Part shown: one piece after another, positions 1 through 8,293 of the stretch
Layout of the letters: every line of letters starts with the position of its first letter
Numbering within the stretch: the first letter of the stretch is position 1
DNA from: an uncultured Thermococci archaeon
GTDB lineage: Archaea; CAYQAE01; CAYVLA01
Assembly: GCA_964549615.1 (NCBI GenBank)
Contig: CAZJVP010000054.1
Coordinates: 1-42,761, forward strand
DNA length: 42,761 nt
Direction of reading: 5' to 3'
Translations under genes and position numbers: made by a program
Notes under the pieces: model-generated
What the model was told of the DNA's origin: nothing
The model's input: only the letters and a program-made list of their open reading frames with translations
Database searches by the model: none

Positions 1-78
1 TTCACCCACAACATCCAGCGCTGCTGGGCCCACATACTGACAGAGATCGACCAGATCGCCCAACACCTCCTGGAAGTT

Positions 79-120
79 GCACAGTCTGCACAGTCTGCAC
101 AGTCTGCACAGTCTGCACAG
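79..120 (+). repeat. 9-bp tandem repeat (GCACAGTCT) x4.7, encoding AQS repeats
   Basis: Read directly: four full units at 79-114 plus GCACAG. Confidence 0.97.
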
Positions 121-138
121 CCGGCTGGGAAGAACAGA

Positions 139-210
139 AAGGCTGGCAAGGCCGGGAAGGCCGGGAAGGATCAGAGGGATCAGAGGGATCAGAGGGATCA
201 GAGGGATCAG
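139..210 (+). repeat. Adjacent 9-bp tandem repeats: AAGGCYGGS x3 (KAG), then GATCAGAGG x4.7 (DQR)
   Basis: Read directly: 139-165 and 169-210. Confidence 0.95.
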
Positions 211-740
211 AAGGATGATGGATGGAGGTGGAAGGACAGAGACGGGGAGAGGTACAGGCGGTACAGGGAGGCCGAAGCTCTAAGCAAGGGTCTGCACAGG
301 ATCTACGACAGGCTCAAAGAAGCCCTGGAGACCGATCCTCCTCCACAAGCACAAAAGAGGGATAGGCTTGCAAGGTATGGTAGGTATGGTAGGAGGGCTC
401 TGCAGCACTGGCTCGGCAGGGAGTACAGGTCTGCCAAGGTTAGGCAGTTTGTCAAGAAGCTCAGCGCTGCTTTTCCCTACCTGTTTACCGCTGTCAGGCA
501 TCCTGGTGTAGAGTTGACCAACAATCGCTCGGAGCGGGCTTTGAGGACGCTTGTCGTGCAGAGAAAGATCATAGGGACTCTCAGGAATGGGAAGGGTGTA
601 AGGATGTATGAGAGGATTCCAAGCCTTCTTGCCACATGGGAGCAGAGAGGCCTGGAGCCTGGACCCATCCCAGGCATTATCCGAAGCCCTAACCCAGAGC
701 TGGAAGGAGACCTCACACGACCAGACCAACCAAGGCGCGA

Positions 741-753
741 GCTAAATACGTAC
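741..753. repeat. Candidate right terminal inverted repeat of the IS66 element (GCTAAATACGTAC)
   Basis: The reverse complement starts GTA, as IS66 ends do, and it lies at the transposase 3' end. The left end is not in the window, so it cannot be matched. Confidence 0.5.
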
Positions 754-780
754 CCGCGTCTCTCTTCTCTAGGCTGAGTG

Positions 781-823
781 ATTTAAAGACTGAACATTTA
801 TCACTAGTTCAATATTTTTTGGA
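781..823 (+). promoter_or_regulatory. AT-rich promoter region with inverted repeat TGAAC-N11-GTTCA (791-811); candidate ArsR/SmtB operator
   Basis: TATA-like ATTTAAAG and ATTTAT plus a palindrome upstream of the DGC-mtrA operon. The half-sites resemble ArsR/SmtB TGAAC boxes but the spacing is non-canonical. Confidence 0.35.
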
Positions 824-888
824 GCATTCAAGAACCCTCCATAGGGACCGAGTATCACATACGCAGACATCTGGTTGGAGGTAACAGA

Positions 889-1329
889 TTGAAGGAAAAG
901 CCACCAGAATTGGAGGCCGGCAGAAACACGCACGAAAACGTCATCTACGCTTGCTTCGGCGGATTCTCAAACACCGGGATAACCGCTGCGCTGGCGAGCA
1001 TCGAAGCCGTAAAGGAGCTCGGATTGAGGAAGGCTGCCATCGGCTGCCTCGCGGGCCTGCCAACCGACGTCGCGCCGGTCTTCGCCAAGACCAAGGCGGC
1101 CAAACGGATTGTGTCCGTGGACGGTTGCCCCTTTGAGTGCAGCAGGAAGACGCTCGAAAAGGCAGGGTTCACGGTTACGAAGAGCATCGTGCTCGTCAGG
1201 GACATCGGGATGAAGAAGAAAGCCCTCCACGAGGAGGTCGAGAAAGGCTCAAAGCCGTTGATGGACTACGTATCGGAAGACGATGTCAGGCGTGCCAAGG
1301 AACTCATAATCGGGGCTGTGTGCAGCTAG
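889..1329 (+). CDS. DGC-domain putative zinc-binding protein
   Basis: Cys pattern IYACFGGFSNTG...IGCLAG...VDGCPFECSRKTLEKAGF. TTG start preceded by GGAGG. Confidence 0.9.
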   Translation: MKEKPPELEAGRNTHENVIYACFGGFSNTGITAALASIEAVKELGLRKAAIGCLAGLPTDVAPVFAKTKAAKRIVSVDGCPFECSRKTLEKAGFTVTKSIVLVRDIGMKKKALHEEVEKGSKPLMDYVSEDDVRRAKELIIGAVCS

Positions 1330-1375
1330 GGCGAACGCGCAAGAGATCCGGACACGCCTATCAGAGTTGGACGTC

Positions 1376-2077
1376 ATGGCGGGAACGGGACCATTGAAGG
1401 TCGAACCCCCCGAGGGCTATCCGCCCGAAACGGGCCGGTACCTTAGAGGCAATGACTACTCCCCGGTGGCTGTGGTGGCAATCCTTGACACCTTCGACTT
1501 CAAGATTCCTCCCGAGCTTGTGAGGCTCATCGAGGTAGCCATTGAAGCTGGAGCCGCGCTTGCAGGAACGCTTCAAACGGAGAACATCGGCATTGAGAAG
1601 TTGATCGCAAATGTGGTGGCCAATCCGAACATCAGATACTTGGTCATCTGCTGGCGAGAATCGCCTGGACACCTTCCGGCGGATGCGTTGTGTAAGCTCA
1701 TCGACAACGGGGTTGCACAGGACAAGAAGCGGACCATAGTCGGGGCCAGAGCTCCGTCGCCCTATCTCCCAAACATATCTCTGGAGGCAATCCAAAGGTT
1801 CAGAAAACAGGTGAGCATAGTCAACCTCATCTCGGAAGAGGATCCCAAGAGGGCGATGGACCCGGAGATGATAAGGAAGGCCGTCCATTGCTGCATCCAG
1901 GAGAAGCCCACCGAGTTTCTAGGCTACACCCTCCACGATCCCGGAGCATGGCCCGAGCCTGCCATCTGCAGGAAGATATCGCTGAGAATAGAGGAGCCTT
2001 GGAAAAGGGAGTTGAGCCGGAGGGAGCAGGAGATCCTAGACCGGATCAGGAAGTCCGCGAAAAGAGGCGATGGATGA
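1376..2077 (+). CDS. mtrA: Stand-alone soluble MtrA-like corrinoid protein (tetrahydromethanopterin S-methyltransferase subunit A family)
   Basis: YPPETGRYLRGNDYSPVAV, GTLQTENIGIEKLIANVVANPNIRYLVIC, ESPGHLP (candidate Co-ligand His), IVGARAPSPYLPNI and DPGAW. No C-terminal TM helix. ATG 1376 chosen; TTG 1367 is possible. Confidence 0.88.
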   Translation: MAGTGPLKVEPPEGYPPETGRYLRGNDYSPVAVVAILDTFDFKIPPELVRLIEVAIEAGAALAGTLQTENIGIEKLIANVVANPNIRYLVICWRESPGHLPADALCKLIDNGVAQDKKRTIVGARAPSPYLPNISLEAIQRFRKQVSIVNLISEEDPKRAMDPEMIRKAVHCCIQEKPTEFLGYTLHDPGAWPEPAICRKISLRIEEPWKRELSRREQEILDRIRKSAKRGDG

Positions 2078-2499
2078 CGAGTCGCGATCCTGGGGGCTCC
2101 ATCATATCCGGTTCCAAGATTCGCAAGAACGGAGAGGTTCTCAAGAGGCAAGTGCTTGTCGAGATCTTCGAAGGGGATCCCTTCGAGGGGTGCTGTGCGC
2201 CCGTGTCGGTTTCCGACAGTGCGGTTAGAGAGCTTCGCAGCCTCTTGGCCCGCCGGCAGGCGATCATCAACTCTTTGAACAATCACTTCGCCGACCGCAT
2301 TCGGATCGAGAGGATGGTTCTAAGCCGCAGAAGGCCTGCGACTTCCTATCCTGATTACCTGAAGCCCCACCTTGGCAAGGTGGACCCGCCGGTCATCTTC
2401 GTGAACGGCCGCCTCGTTTGGCACGGCAGCTTCCCGGCCGAGGGGCACTTCAAGGAAATCGTTGAAAAAGCTCTGGCGAAGGGTCTGAACGAAGAATAG
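2074..2499 (+). CDS. ArsD-like / thioredoxin-fold protein with a vicinal Cys-Cys pair
   Basis: VEIFEGDPFEGCCAP resembles ArsD IFDPAMCC, and PPVIFVNGRLVWHGSFP resembles the ArsD/thioredoxin C-terminus. ATG 2074 overlaps the mtrA stop (ATGA). Confidence 0.62.
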   Translation: MTSRDPGGSIISGSKIRKNGEVLKRQVLVEIFEGDPFEGCCAPVSVSDSAVRELRSLLARRQAIINSLNNHFADRIRIERMVLSRRRPATSYPDYLKPHLGKVDPPVIFVNGRLVWHGSFPAEGHFKEIVEKALAKGLNEE

Positions 2500-2686
2500 G
2501 GGATCTCTCAACCGCGCGATGGAGAACCGCGTCGGGTGTCTGCAGTTTCGATCGATCGGAACGGGGAATGATCCACCCTCTGTGTCTGTAAGCGCAAACT
2601 CGCTGGGGGAGTAACGACGCACCCGAACCGTCTCCGGCCCCGCCGTGGGCGCGGGCCGGCGCGCGATAACCCACGCCAATCCCTAG

Positions 2687-3518
2687 TCAAGGCCAAGACG
2701 GCAACCGGACCGAATATCGTGAAGATCTCCGGTCCGGTCCCTGAGGGGGACGGAGCGCATCGAGGAGCCTACGCATATTCCGGCCCAGAATCAGCCTCTT
2801 TGCGGATCTGGCTATCTCGGCGCAGGCAAGTGGTGCTATCCCAAGAGCGGGGTCCAGATCCGTAAGGTCGGAGCCGAACACGATCTTCTTGGGATCGACC
2901 CGATCGACGAGATCCTCCACCGGGCGGTAGCCAAGAGGCACGCACGTACACTGATACACGTTTTCCAACTCGTTCACAACGTCCGCGTAGGCCAGGCTGT
3001 GGTGCCCCATCACGAAACGAGCACTGGGATACGCACCTCCAACCTGCCCAAGATACCCCGCAACTCCCCAATCGTGCTTCAGGATCAGCATCTCCTTCTC
3101 CTCAGCGTAGGCGAAGACGGCCTGAAGCTTCGCCTCGGAGGTTCGCCTGAACTGGTACTCGCCAATGATCTTAACCCCTACAAATCGTGGCTTCCTGCAT
3201 CTCTCCAGCTCGCGGACCTAGCTCTCCCGGGCAGTTGAGGTTCAAGGTTACAAGCCCGTGGAGGCGCTCCGGATGCTTGGAGGTGCTGGCGGCGATGAGA
3301 TCGTTCCCCAGGCGCAAGTCGGGATTGACGCCGGCGAACGAGAATACACAGGCCTCGTCGATTCCAAGAGCATCCACCAGGCCTATGACCTGATCATCCC
3401 GACCGTAGGGGATGTGGTAGTAGTTGAAGAAAGCGCCCGGATGGGCATGTGCACCCACCACTAGGCAGTTCAAGGGGGCGCCCGAAAGCACGGCCTCTTT
3501 GATGGGTCCAGCCCTCAT
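2687..3518 (-). pseudogene. Frameshifted amidohydrolase_2 gene, paralog of 27445-28221
   Basis: Split across frames. FFNYYHIPYG...GIDEACVFSFAGVN and NVYQCTCVPLGYR...KIVFGSDLTDLDP are nearly identical to the intact copy. Confidence 0.88.
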
Positions 3519-4080
3519 ATCCTTGCCTCTTTCATCAGGCTCTCAAGGTTGCCCCTGCGACCATCGCCTTCTCCTCCTCCGATATCTGCGAGTAGGCAAC
3601 CATGGCCACGGCCGAGGAAGGGTCTCGATACGGGACCCTGGTGCCAAACAGCAATCGGTCAGGCCCAGACTCCCTACAAACCGAGTCGACTCCCCTCTAG
3701 AGCCAAAGCCCCGACAGATCCAACATCAGGTTCTCGCAGCGCGACATAGCCTGGTATGTTCGACGATTGGACCGGTAACGGAATTCAGAGGCTACGACGG
3801 GAAGGTCCGGATGCGCGAGGCACCTCGTAGGTGTCGCCCATGCACCACTCCGCCACATCGAAGAAGAAGCCTTTCCGGTCAAGGTTAGGATCAGCGCCCC
3901 CTGGCCCTGACTTAATCCGACTCCATGAAAGCCGGAGTCTCCCAACCGCCCAGAACTCGGTAAAGGTACGGAAGATCCGCAAAGGCGAGAGAGGTACTCT
4001 TGGAGAACAGCCTGTTCGGCTGCAGCCCATTCGAGGTGCCCACTGAAATCGAGAGAAACCGGTTGCCCAGACCCATGCCG
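3515..4080 (-). pseudogene. Degraded amidohydrolase-like gene, paralog of 28218-28985
   Basis: Fragments FFDVAEWCMGDTY, LAHPDLPVVASEFRYRSNRR..LMLDLSGLWL* (premature TAG at 3697-3699) and LLFGTRVPYRDPSSA, with frameshifts and internal deletions. Confidence 0.85.
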
Positions 4081-4298
4081 CTCGGAGTCTGGACCAGGTA
4101 GCTACCTTGCGCTTTCACGATGCCCGGACGAGCACGGGCGACTGATAAACGCAACGACATAGCATGCCTTCAGCTGACAGCGATGACCAGCAGCTCATCT
4201 CCTGCATGCTGGGAGTTTCTTGCGACCGACGGCCCCCGGCGAGACCTGCTTCCCGGGCTTAATGCACCAAAGACTGATCAGTCTGCGGTGATGCGACA

Positions 4299-4607
4299 AT
4301 GCCATCGAGGAAGACACTGCTGGACGAGGAAGACATACCAAAGCAGTGGTACAGCATACTGCCGGATCTGCATAAGCCCCTGCCTCCGACCATCGACCCG
4401 AAGACCAAGGCCCCCGGCGCCGGCATAGTGCCCAAGATATTCCCCAAAACAGATCTTAGCCCAGGAGTTCGGCCCAGAAAGATGGGTCAACATCCCGGAT
4501 GAAGTCAGAAAAGCCTACAGGCTCTGGAGGCCACTCCTCTCTTCAGGGCGGTTGGCCTGGAGAAGACCCCCAAGACGCCAGCCGAGATATACCTACAAGT
4601 ATGAGGG
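4299..4607 (+). pseudogene. trpB: 5' fragment of a TrpB2-type tryptophan synthase beta-like PLP enzyme
   Basis: LDEEDIPKQWYSILPDL..PLPP, then across frameshifts IPDEVRKAYRLWRP/TPLFRA.GLEK...AEIY/YKYEG. Truncated before the PLP lysine. Confidence 0.87.
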
Positions 4608-4691
4608 GGTCCGAGCGATCTGATGGAATATGTCTCAAAGGACGATGTCGATCGTGCGAAGAAGATCATAATAGAAGCCATCACGGAGTGA
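4608..4691 (+). pseudogene. 3' remnant of a second DGC-domain gene
   Basis: 4623-4691 encodes MEYVSKDDVDRAKKIIIEAITE*, against MDYVSEDDVRRAKELIIGAVCS* at the end of 889-1329. Confidence 0.75.
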
Positions 4692-4857
4692 CCGAAGGGT
4701 TGAGCCCCGGCGCACGTCCTTCGCGCATCTTGCGTCCTGCGGACCGGCATAAGCGCATGTCCGGCTCGACCGCCCAAGAGCGAGCCGTGATGATCTCTCA
4801 GGCAAGGGTCGCGAACCCAGCCTTTGAAACATTTTTGAGAGAGATTTCGTATCGAAG

Positions 4858-5964
4858 ATGATGAATATGAAACCCTCGGCCCCCAAGCGCGAGCTCAGCG
4901 TCTTCGAGAAGTACCTCACGATCTGGGTCGGTCTCTGCATACTGGCTGGCATCGGCCTAGGCAAGGTCGCGCCCGGCCTATCAACCGCGCTGGATAGGCT
5001 GTCGGTTGCCCAGGTCTCCATACCCATCGCGGTATGCCTGTTCTTCATGATGTACCCCATAATGGTCAAGATCGACTTCAGCGAGGTCGTCAAGGCGGGG
5101 AAGACCCCGAAGCCGGTGGCACTCACGCTGTTCGCCAACTGGGCGGTGAAGCCCTTCACCATGTTCCTGATCGCAACCTTCTTCCTTTCCGTCTTGTTCA
5201 AAGACCTTCTGCCTGGAACCGAGATCGTCAAAACCGGTGCCGAAGTCTACCTTTACCGCTCCTACATATCGGGGGCCATACTCCTCGGCATCGCGCCGTG
5301 TACGGCCATGGTTCTGATGTGGAGCTATCTCGCCAGGGGGAACGACGGCCACACGCTCGTCATGGTCGCCATCAACTCGTTGAGCATGCTCTTCCTCTAC
5401 GCTCCCCTGGGTGGATTCCTCCTGGGAGTTAACCGCATGCCCATACCGTGGGAGACGATAGTTCTGTCCGTCACAATCTACGTTGCCCTTCCCCTGATCG
5501 CCGGCTACTACTCCCGGCGCGAGCTCATCAAGAGAAAGGGAATCGAGTGGTTCAGGGAGAGATTCGTGGGCAGGCTGACGACGGTGGCGATCGTAGCGCT
5601 CCTAGCCACGCTCGTCATACTCTTCTCGCTGAAGGGCAAGATGATCGTCGAACGTCCGCAGACGATACTTCTGATTGCCGTGCCGCTCTTCATCCAGACA
5701 TGGCTGATCTTCCTATTGACATACGGTGCCGCAAGGCTCTTGAAACTCACGTACGAGGACGCCGCTCCTTCGGCGATGATCGGCGCGAGCAACCATTTCG
5801 AGGTCGCCATTGCCACGGCGACCACCCTTTACGGGCTCAGCTCGGGGGCGGCATTGGCGACGGTGGTTGGGGTCCTCATCGAAGTGCCGCTGATGCTGAC
5901 GCTCGTGAAGTTCTGCCTGCGAACGCGCGGATGGTTCCGCAGCAGCCGGGCACTGCAACCATAG
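4858..5964 (+). CDS. acr3: Acr3-family arsenite efflux permease
   Basis: [41 protein letters not shown] and [10 protein letters not shown] motifs; about 10 hydrophobic segments. Confidence 0.96.
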   Translation: MMNMKPSAPKRELSVFEKYLTIWVGLCILAGIGLGKVAPGLSTALDRLSVAQVSIPIAVCLFFMMYPIMVKIDFSEVVKAGKTPKPVALTLFANWAVKPFTMFLIATFFLSVLFKDLLPGTEIVKTGAEVYLYRSYISGAILLGIAPCTAMVLMWSYLARGNDGHTLVMVAINSLSMLFLYAPLGGFLLGVNRMPIPWETIVLSVTIYVALPLIAGYYSRRELIKRKGIEWFRERFVGRLTTVAIVALLATLVILFSLKGKMIVERPQTILLIAVPLFIQTWLIFLLTYGAARLLKLTYEDAAPSAMIGASNHFEVAIATATTLYGLSSGAALATVVGVLIEVPLMLTLVKFCLRTRGWFRSSRALQP

Positions 5965-6047
5965 GATTCCTAACCGTTCCAGCGCGGTTCTTTGGCGATT
6001 CCCCAGCCAGCTGTCGCGAGGCTGTAGGTTGGCTCATCGGAGCCGCC

Positions 6048-6473
6048 CTAGCAACGAGGGGCGGCCACCTGAGCCAGCGATCGAACGGCGTCAAGGACGG
6101 AGGTATCGACGAGCGAGTAGAAAACCCACTTCCCCCGCCTAGACTCCTTGATCAGACCTGCCTCCCTGAGGATGCCAAGATGGTGGGAGGCTGAGGGCTG
6201 GGATCGGTTGATCAGAACCATGACCTCGCACACGCAAAGCTCCCCTTCGGACCCGATCGCCTTCAGTATCGCGACCCTCATCGGATCTGCCATGGCCCTA
6301 GCGATCATCGCGACCTTCGAGGCGTTCTGGTCGGGTGCCATAGACCTGAGCTTGCGTCGAATCTTCTCAACATCGGCCGCCGAGGCCCGTCTTCTCCCCG
6401 TCCGTGCCTCCACGCAGCGGGCGAGCCTCTCGTCAGCCTTCGATGCCACGAATCCTGATAGCGTTTCCAGCAC
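6048..6473 (-). CDS. arsR: ArsR/SmtB metalloregulator
   Basis: AMADPMRVAIL...ELCVCE...SQPSASHHLGILREAGLI...RGKWVFYSL; ELCVC As(III)-binding box. Start uncertain. Confidence 0.93.
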   Translation of the reverse strand: MLETLSGFVASKADERLARCVEARTGRRRASAADVEKIRRKLRSMAPDQNASKVAMIARAMADPMRVAILKAIGSEGELCVCEVMVLINRSQPSASHHLGILREAGLIKESRRGKWVFYSLVDTSVLDAVRSLAQVAAPRC

Positions 6474-6535
6474 AAATAGGTTTCACACCAGAGAGCCTGG
6501 GTGCCGCCAGAGACCGGGGATTCATCTGTGCATCC

Positions 6536-7624
6536 CTAGAGCCGACGCTCGATGTCCCGGTAGCCCTCCTCGCTGTACTCAAAGAACCTCCTATAGGAAG
6601 CGCAGAAATCGGTTCGGCTTGGATGAAGCCGATCTGGCCTGTGATACCGACACCCACCATAGCAGAGGTCCAGCCATGGGCAGTCCTTGCACTCACGCGG
6701 GAGCCCCAGCTTTGCCCGTCCGAACTCCTCAAACGGGGTGCTCTCGGATATCCTGCCGAGCGAGCTTTCCATGAGGTTCCCCATGAGCATGCCCCGATCC
6801 ACGAAGAAGTCGCAAGGGTAGACGTCCCCGTTGTATTCCACGACCAAGTACTCGCCGCACCTGGGACCCAGCGTGCAGAGTCCACCCGCAGCGCCCATCC
6901 TCGCGGCCAGAACCGAGTTGAAGAGCCGGATGTAGACGTTTGGGAAGTCTTCTCTCCACAGATCGAACATGCGGCAGAGGAACTCACCGTACTGGTCGGC
7001 GGTGACGTTGAACGGTGCCGGGTTGCCGGCTGCATCGAGTTCACGGCAGGGGACGAACTGGAGGTACCGCACGCCCCGATCGACGAAGAACCGGTATATG
7101 TCCTCCCATCGGCAAGCACTGAGATTGGTTACGACCGAGAGAACATTGAACTCCACGCGGTCCTCCTTCAACAGCTCCAGACCCGCCATCGCCCTGTCGA
7201 AGGTTGGCCGCCCCCGCCGCGTTCGCCTGTAGGCGTTATGGATGTCGGGTGGGCCGTCCACGCTTATGCCCACGAGGAACTTGTACCTTTTGAAGAACCT
7301 GGTCCAACTTTCCGACAGCAGGGTGCCATTGGTCTGGAAAGCATTCGAAACCGTATGCCCCCTTCCGTGGGCCTCCTGCAGCTTGACCGCCCGGAGATAG
7401 AAATCAAGGCCGGCCAGCAACGGCTCCCCGCCCTGCCAGCTGAACGATGCGTGCTCGGTCGATATCGCAAGGTACTGCGAGATCATGGCTTCCAGGACCT
7501 TCTCGCTCATGCACGTCCGGGGGCCCGGATGGTATAGCTCCGATCTCCTGGCATAGAAGCAGTACTCGCAGGCAAGATTACATCGGGCTGAAACGGGTTT
7601 CACCAAGAGGCTGGAGGGAAGCAT
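6536..7624 (-). CDS. Anaerobic sulfatase maturase-type radical SAM/SPASM protein
   Basis: LLVKPVSARCNLACEYCFY, WQGGEPLL, QTNGTLL, VEYNGDVYPCDFFV and CKDCPWLDLCYGGC. Start placed at ATG 7624 rather than 7729. Confidence 0.9.
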   Translation of the reverse strand: MLPSSLLVKPVSARCNLACEYCFYARRSELYHPGPRTCMSEKVLEAMISQYLAISTEHASFSWQGGEPLLAGLDFYLRAVKLQEAHGRGHTVSNAFQTNGTLLSESWTRFFKRYKFLVGISVDGPPDIHNAYRRTRRGRPTFDRAMAGLELLKEDRVEFNVLSVVTNLSACRWEDIYRFFVDRGVRYLQFVPCRELDAAGNPAPFNVTADQYGEFLCRMFDLWREDFPNVYIRLFNSVLAARMGAAGGLCTLGPRCGEYLVVEYNGDVYPCDFFVDRGMLMGNLMESSLGRISESTPFEEFGRAKLGLPRECKDCPWLDLCYGGCRYHRPDRLHPSRTDFCASYRRFFEYSEEGYRDIERRL

Positions 7625-7752
7625 CACGTAGTGCTCTGGCAGCTGCCTAAAATTGTTACACGGATAGCCGCATGCGGGCCGTCCGCGTTCCGCGTTCCCC
7701 GAGCCAAAGTTTTCAAGCGATGAGCGCATATTACCTGGAGGAGGCAGGATGA

Positions 7753-8274
7753 GTGGACGAGCTTAAGGGGAAGAGGATTGCCATCTTGGTTGCCGAGGGC
7801 TTCGAGGATCTCGAGTTCTTCTATCCGCTGATCAGGTTCACCGAGGCCGGGGCGGATGTGGTCGTGGCGGGGTTGACCAAGGACGAGGTCAAGGGCAAGC
7901 ATGGAATCGGGTTCACGCCGACGAGGACCGTGAAGGAGATTGCGAACGAGGACTTCGACTGCGTCATCATACCTGGGGGGAGCGCTCCCAAGAAGCTGAG
8001 GGAGAGCCGTGAGGTCCTAGACTTCGTCAGGAAGTCGCACGAGAGGGGCAGGATACTTGCTGCGATCTGCCACGGCCCCCAGGTGCTGGTCTCAGCCGGG
8101 CTTGCGAAGGGAAGGAAGCTCACCGCCTACAGGGCGGTCAAGGATGAGATCGTGAACGCCGGAGGGGACTTCGATTACGTTGAAGTGAGGAGGGACGATA
8201 ACATCATAACCTCAAGGTTCCCCGAGGACCTTCCCGCCTTCTCCAAAGCCATCATATCGGCCCTCACCGCCTGA
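7753..8274 (+). CDS. pfpI: PfpI/DJ-1 family intracellular protease/deglycase
   Basis: GFEDLE, IIPGG, AAICHGPQVLVSAG and ITSRFPEDLPAF. GGAGG upstream of the GTG start. Confidence 0.94.
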   Translation: MDELKGKRIAILVAEGFEDLEFFYPLIRFTEAGADVVVAGLTKDEVKGKHGIGFTPTRTVKEIANEDFDCVIIPGGSAPKKLRESREVLDFVRKSHERGRILAAICHGPQVLVSAGLAKGRKLTAYRAVKDEIVNAGGDFDYVEVRRDDNIITSRFPEDLPAFSKAIISALTA

Positions 8275-8293
8275 GGTGCGGAGGCTGGGTGCG

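Larger units (their letters stand above)
1..777 (+). mobile_element. tnpC: IS66-family (ISBst12-like) transposase, 3' part; 5' end outside window; probably degenerate
   Basis: Frame +1 is open from base 1 to 777 and reads FTHNIQRCWAHIL...HPGVELTNNRSERALRTLVVQRKIIG, containing the IS66 QxCWAH and TNNxxERxLR motifs. The ORF track called only 514-777. It carries microsatellite insertions and a 7-bp duplication at 650-663. Confidence 0.88.

Noticed and set aside
79-210. Short tandem repeats as a CRISPR array, and the 77-283 ORF (HSL/GIR repeats)
   Set aside because: The units are 9 bp and contiguous with no spacers. The ORF is an alternative frame of the transposase.
1376-2077. mtrA as evidence of methanogenesis
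   Set aside because: It has no membrane anchor, and there are no other mtr or mcr genes in the window. Stand-alone mtrA occurs in non-methanogens.
6404-7537. Long antisense ORFs (for example 6404-7537, 29713-30717, 33747-34739, 38508-39557)
   Set aside because: These are shadow frames opposite well-supported genes, as expected in GC-rich DNA, and have no recognisable motifs.
6536-7624. Radical SAM gene as ArsS/ArsL organoarsenical biosynthesis
   Set aside because: The motifs are those of anSME/SPASM, and no arsM is present.
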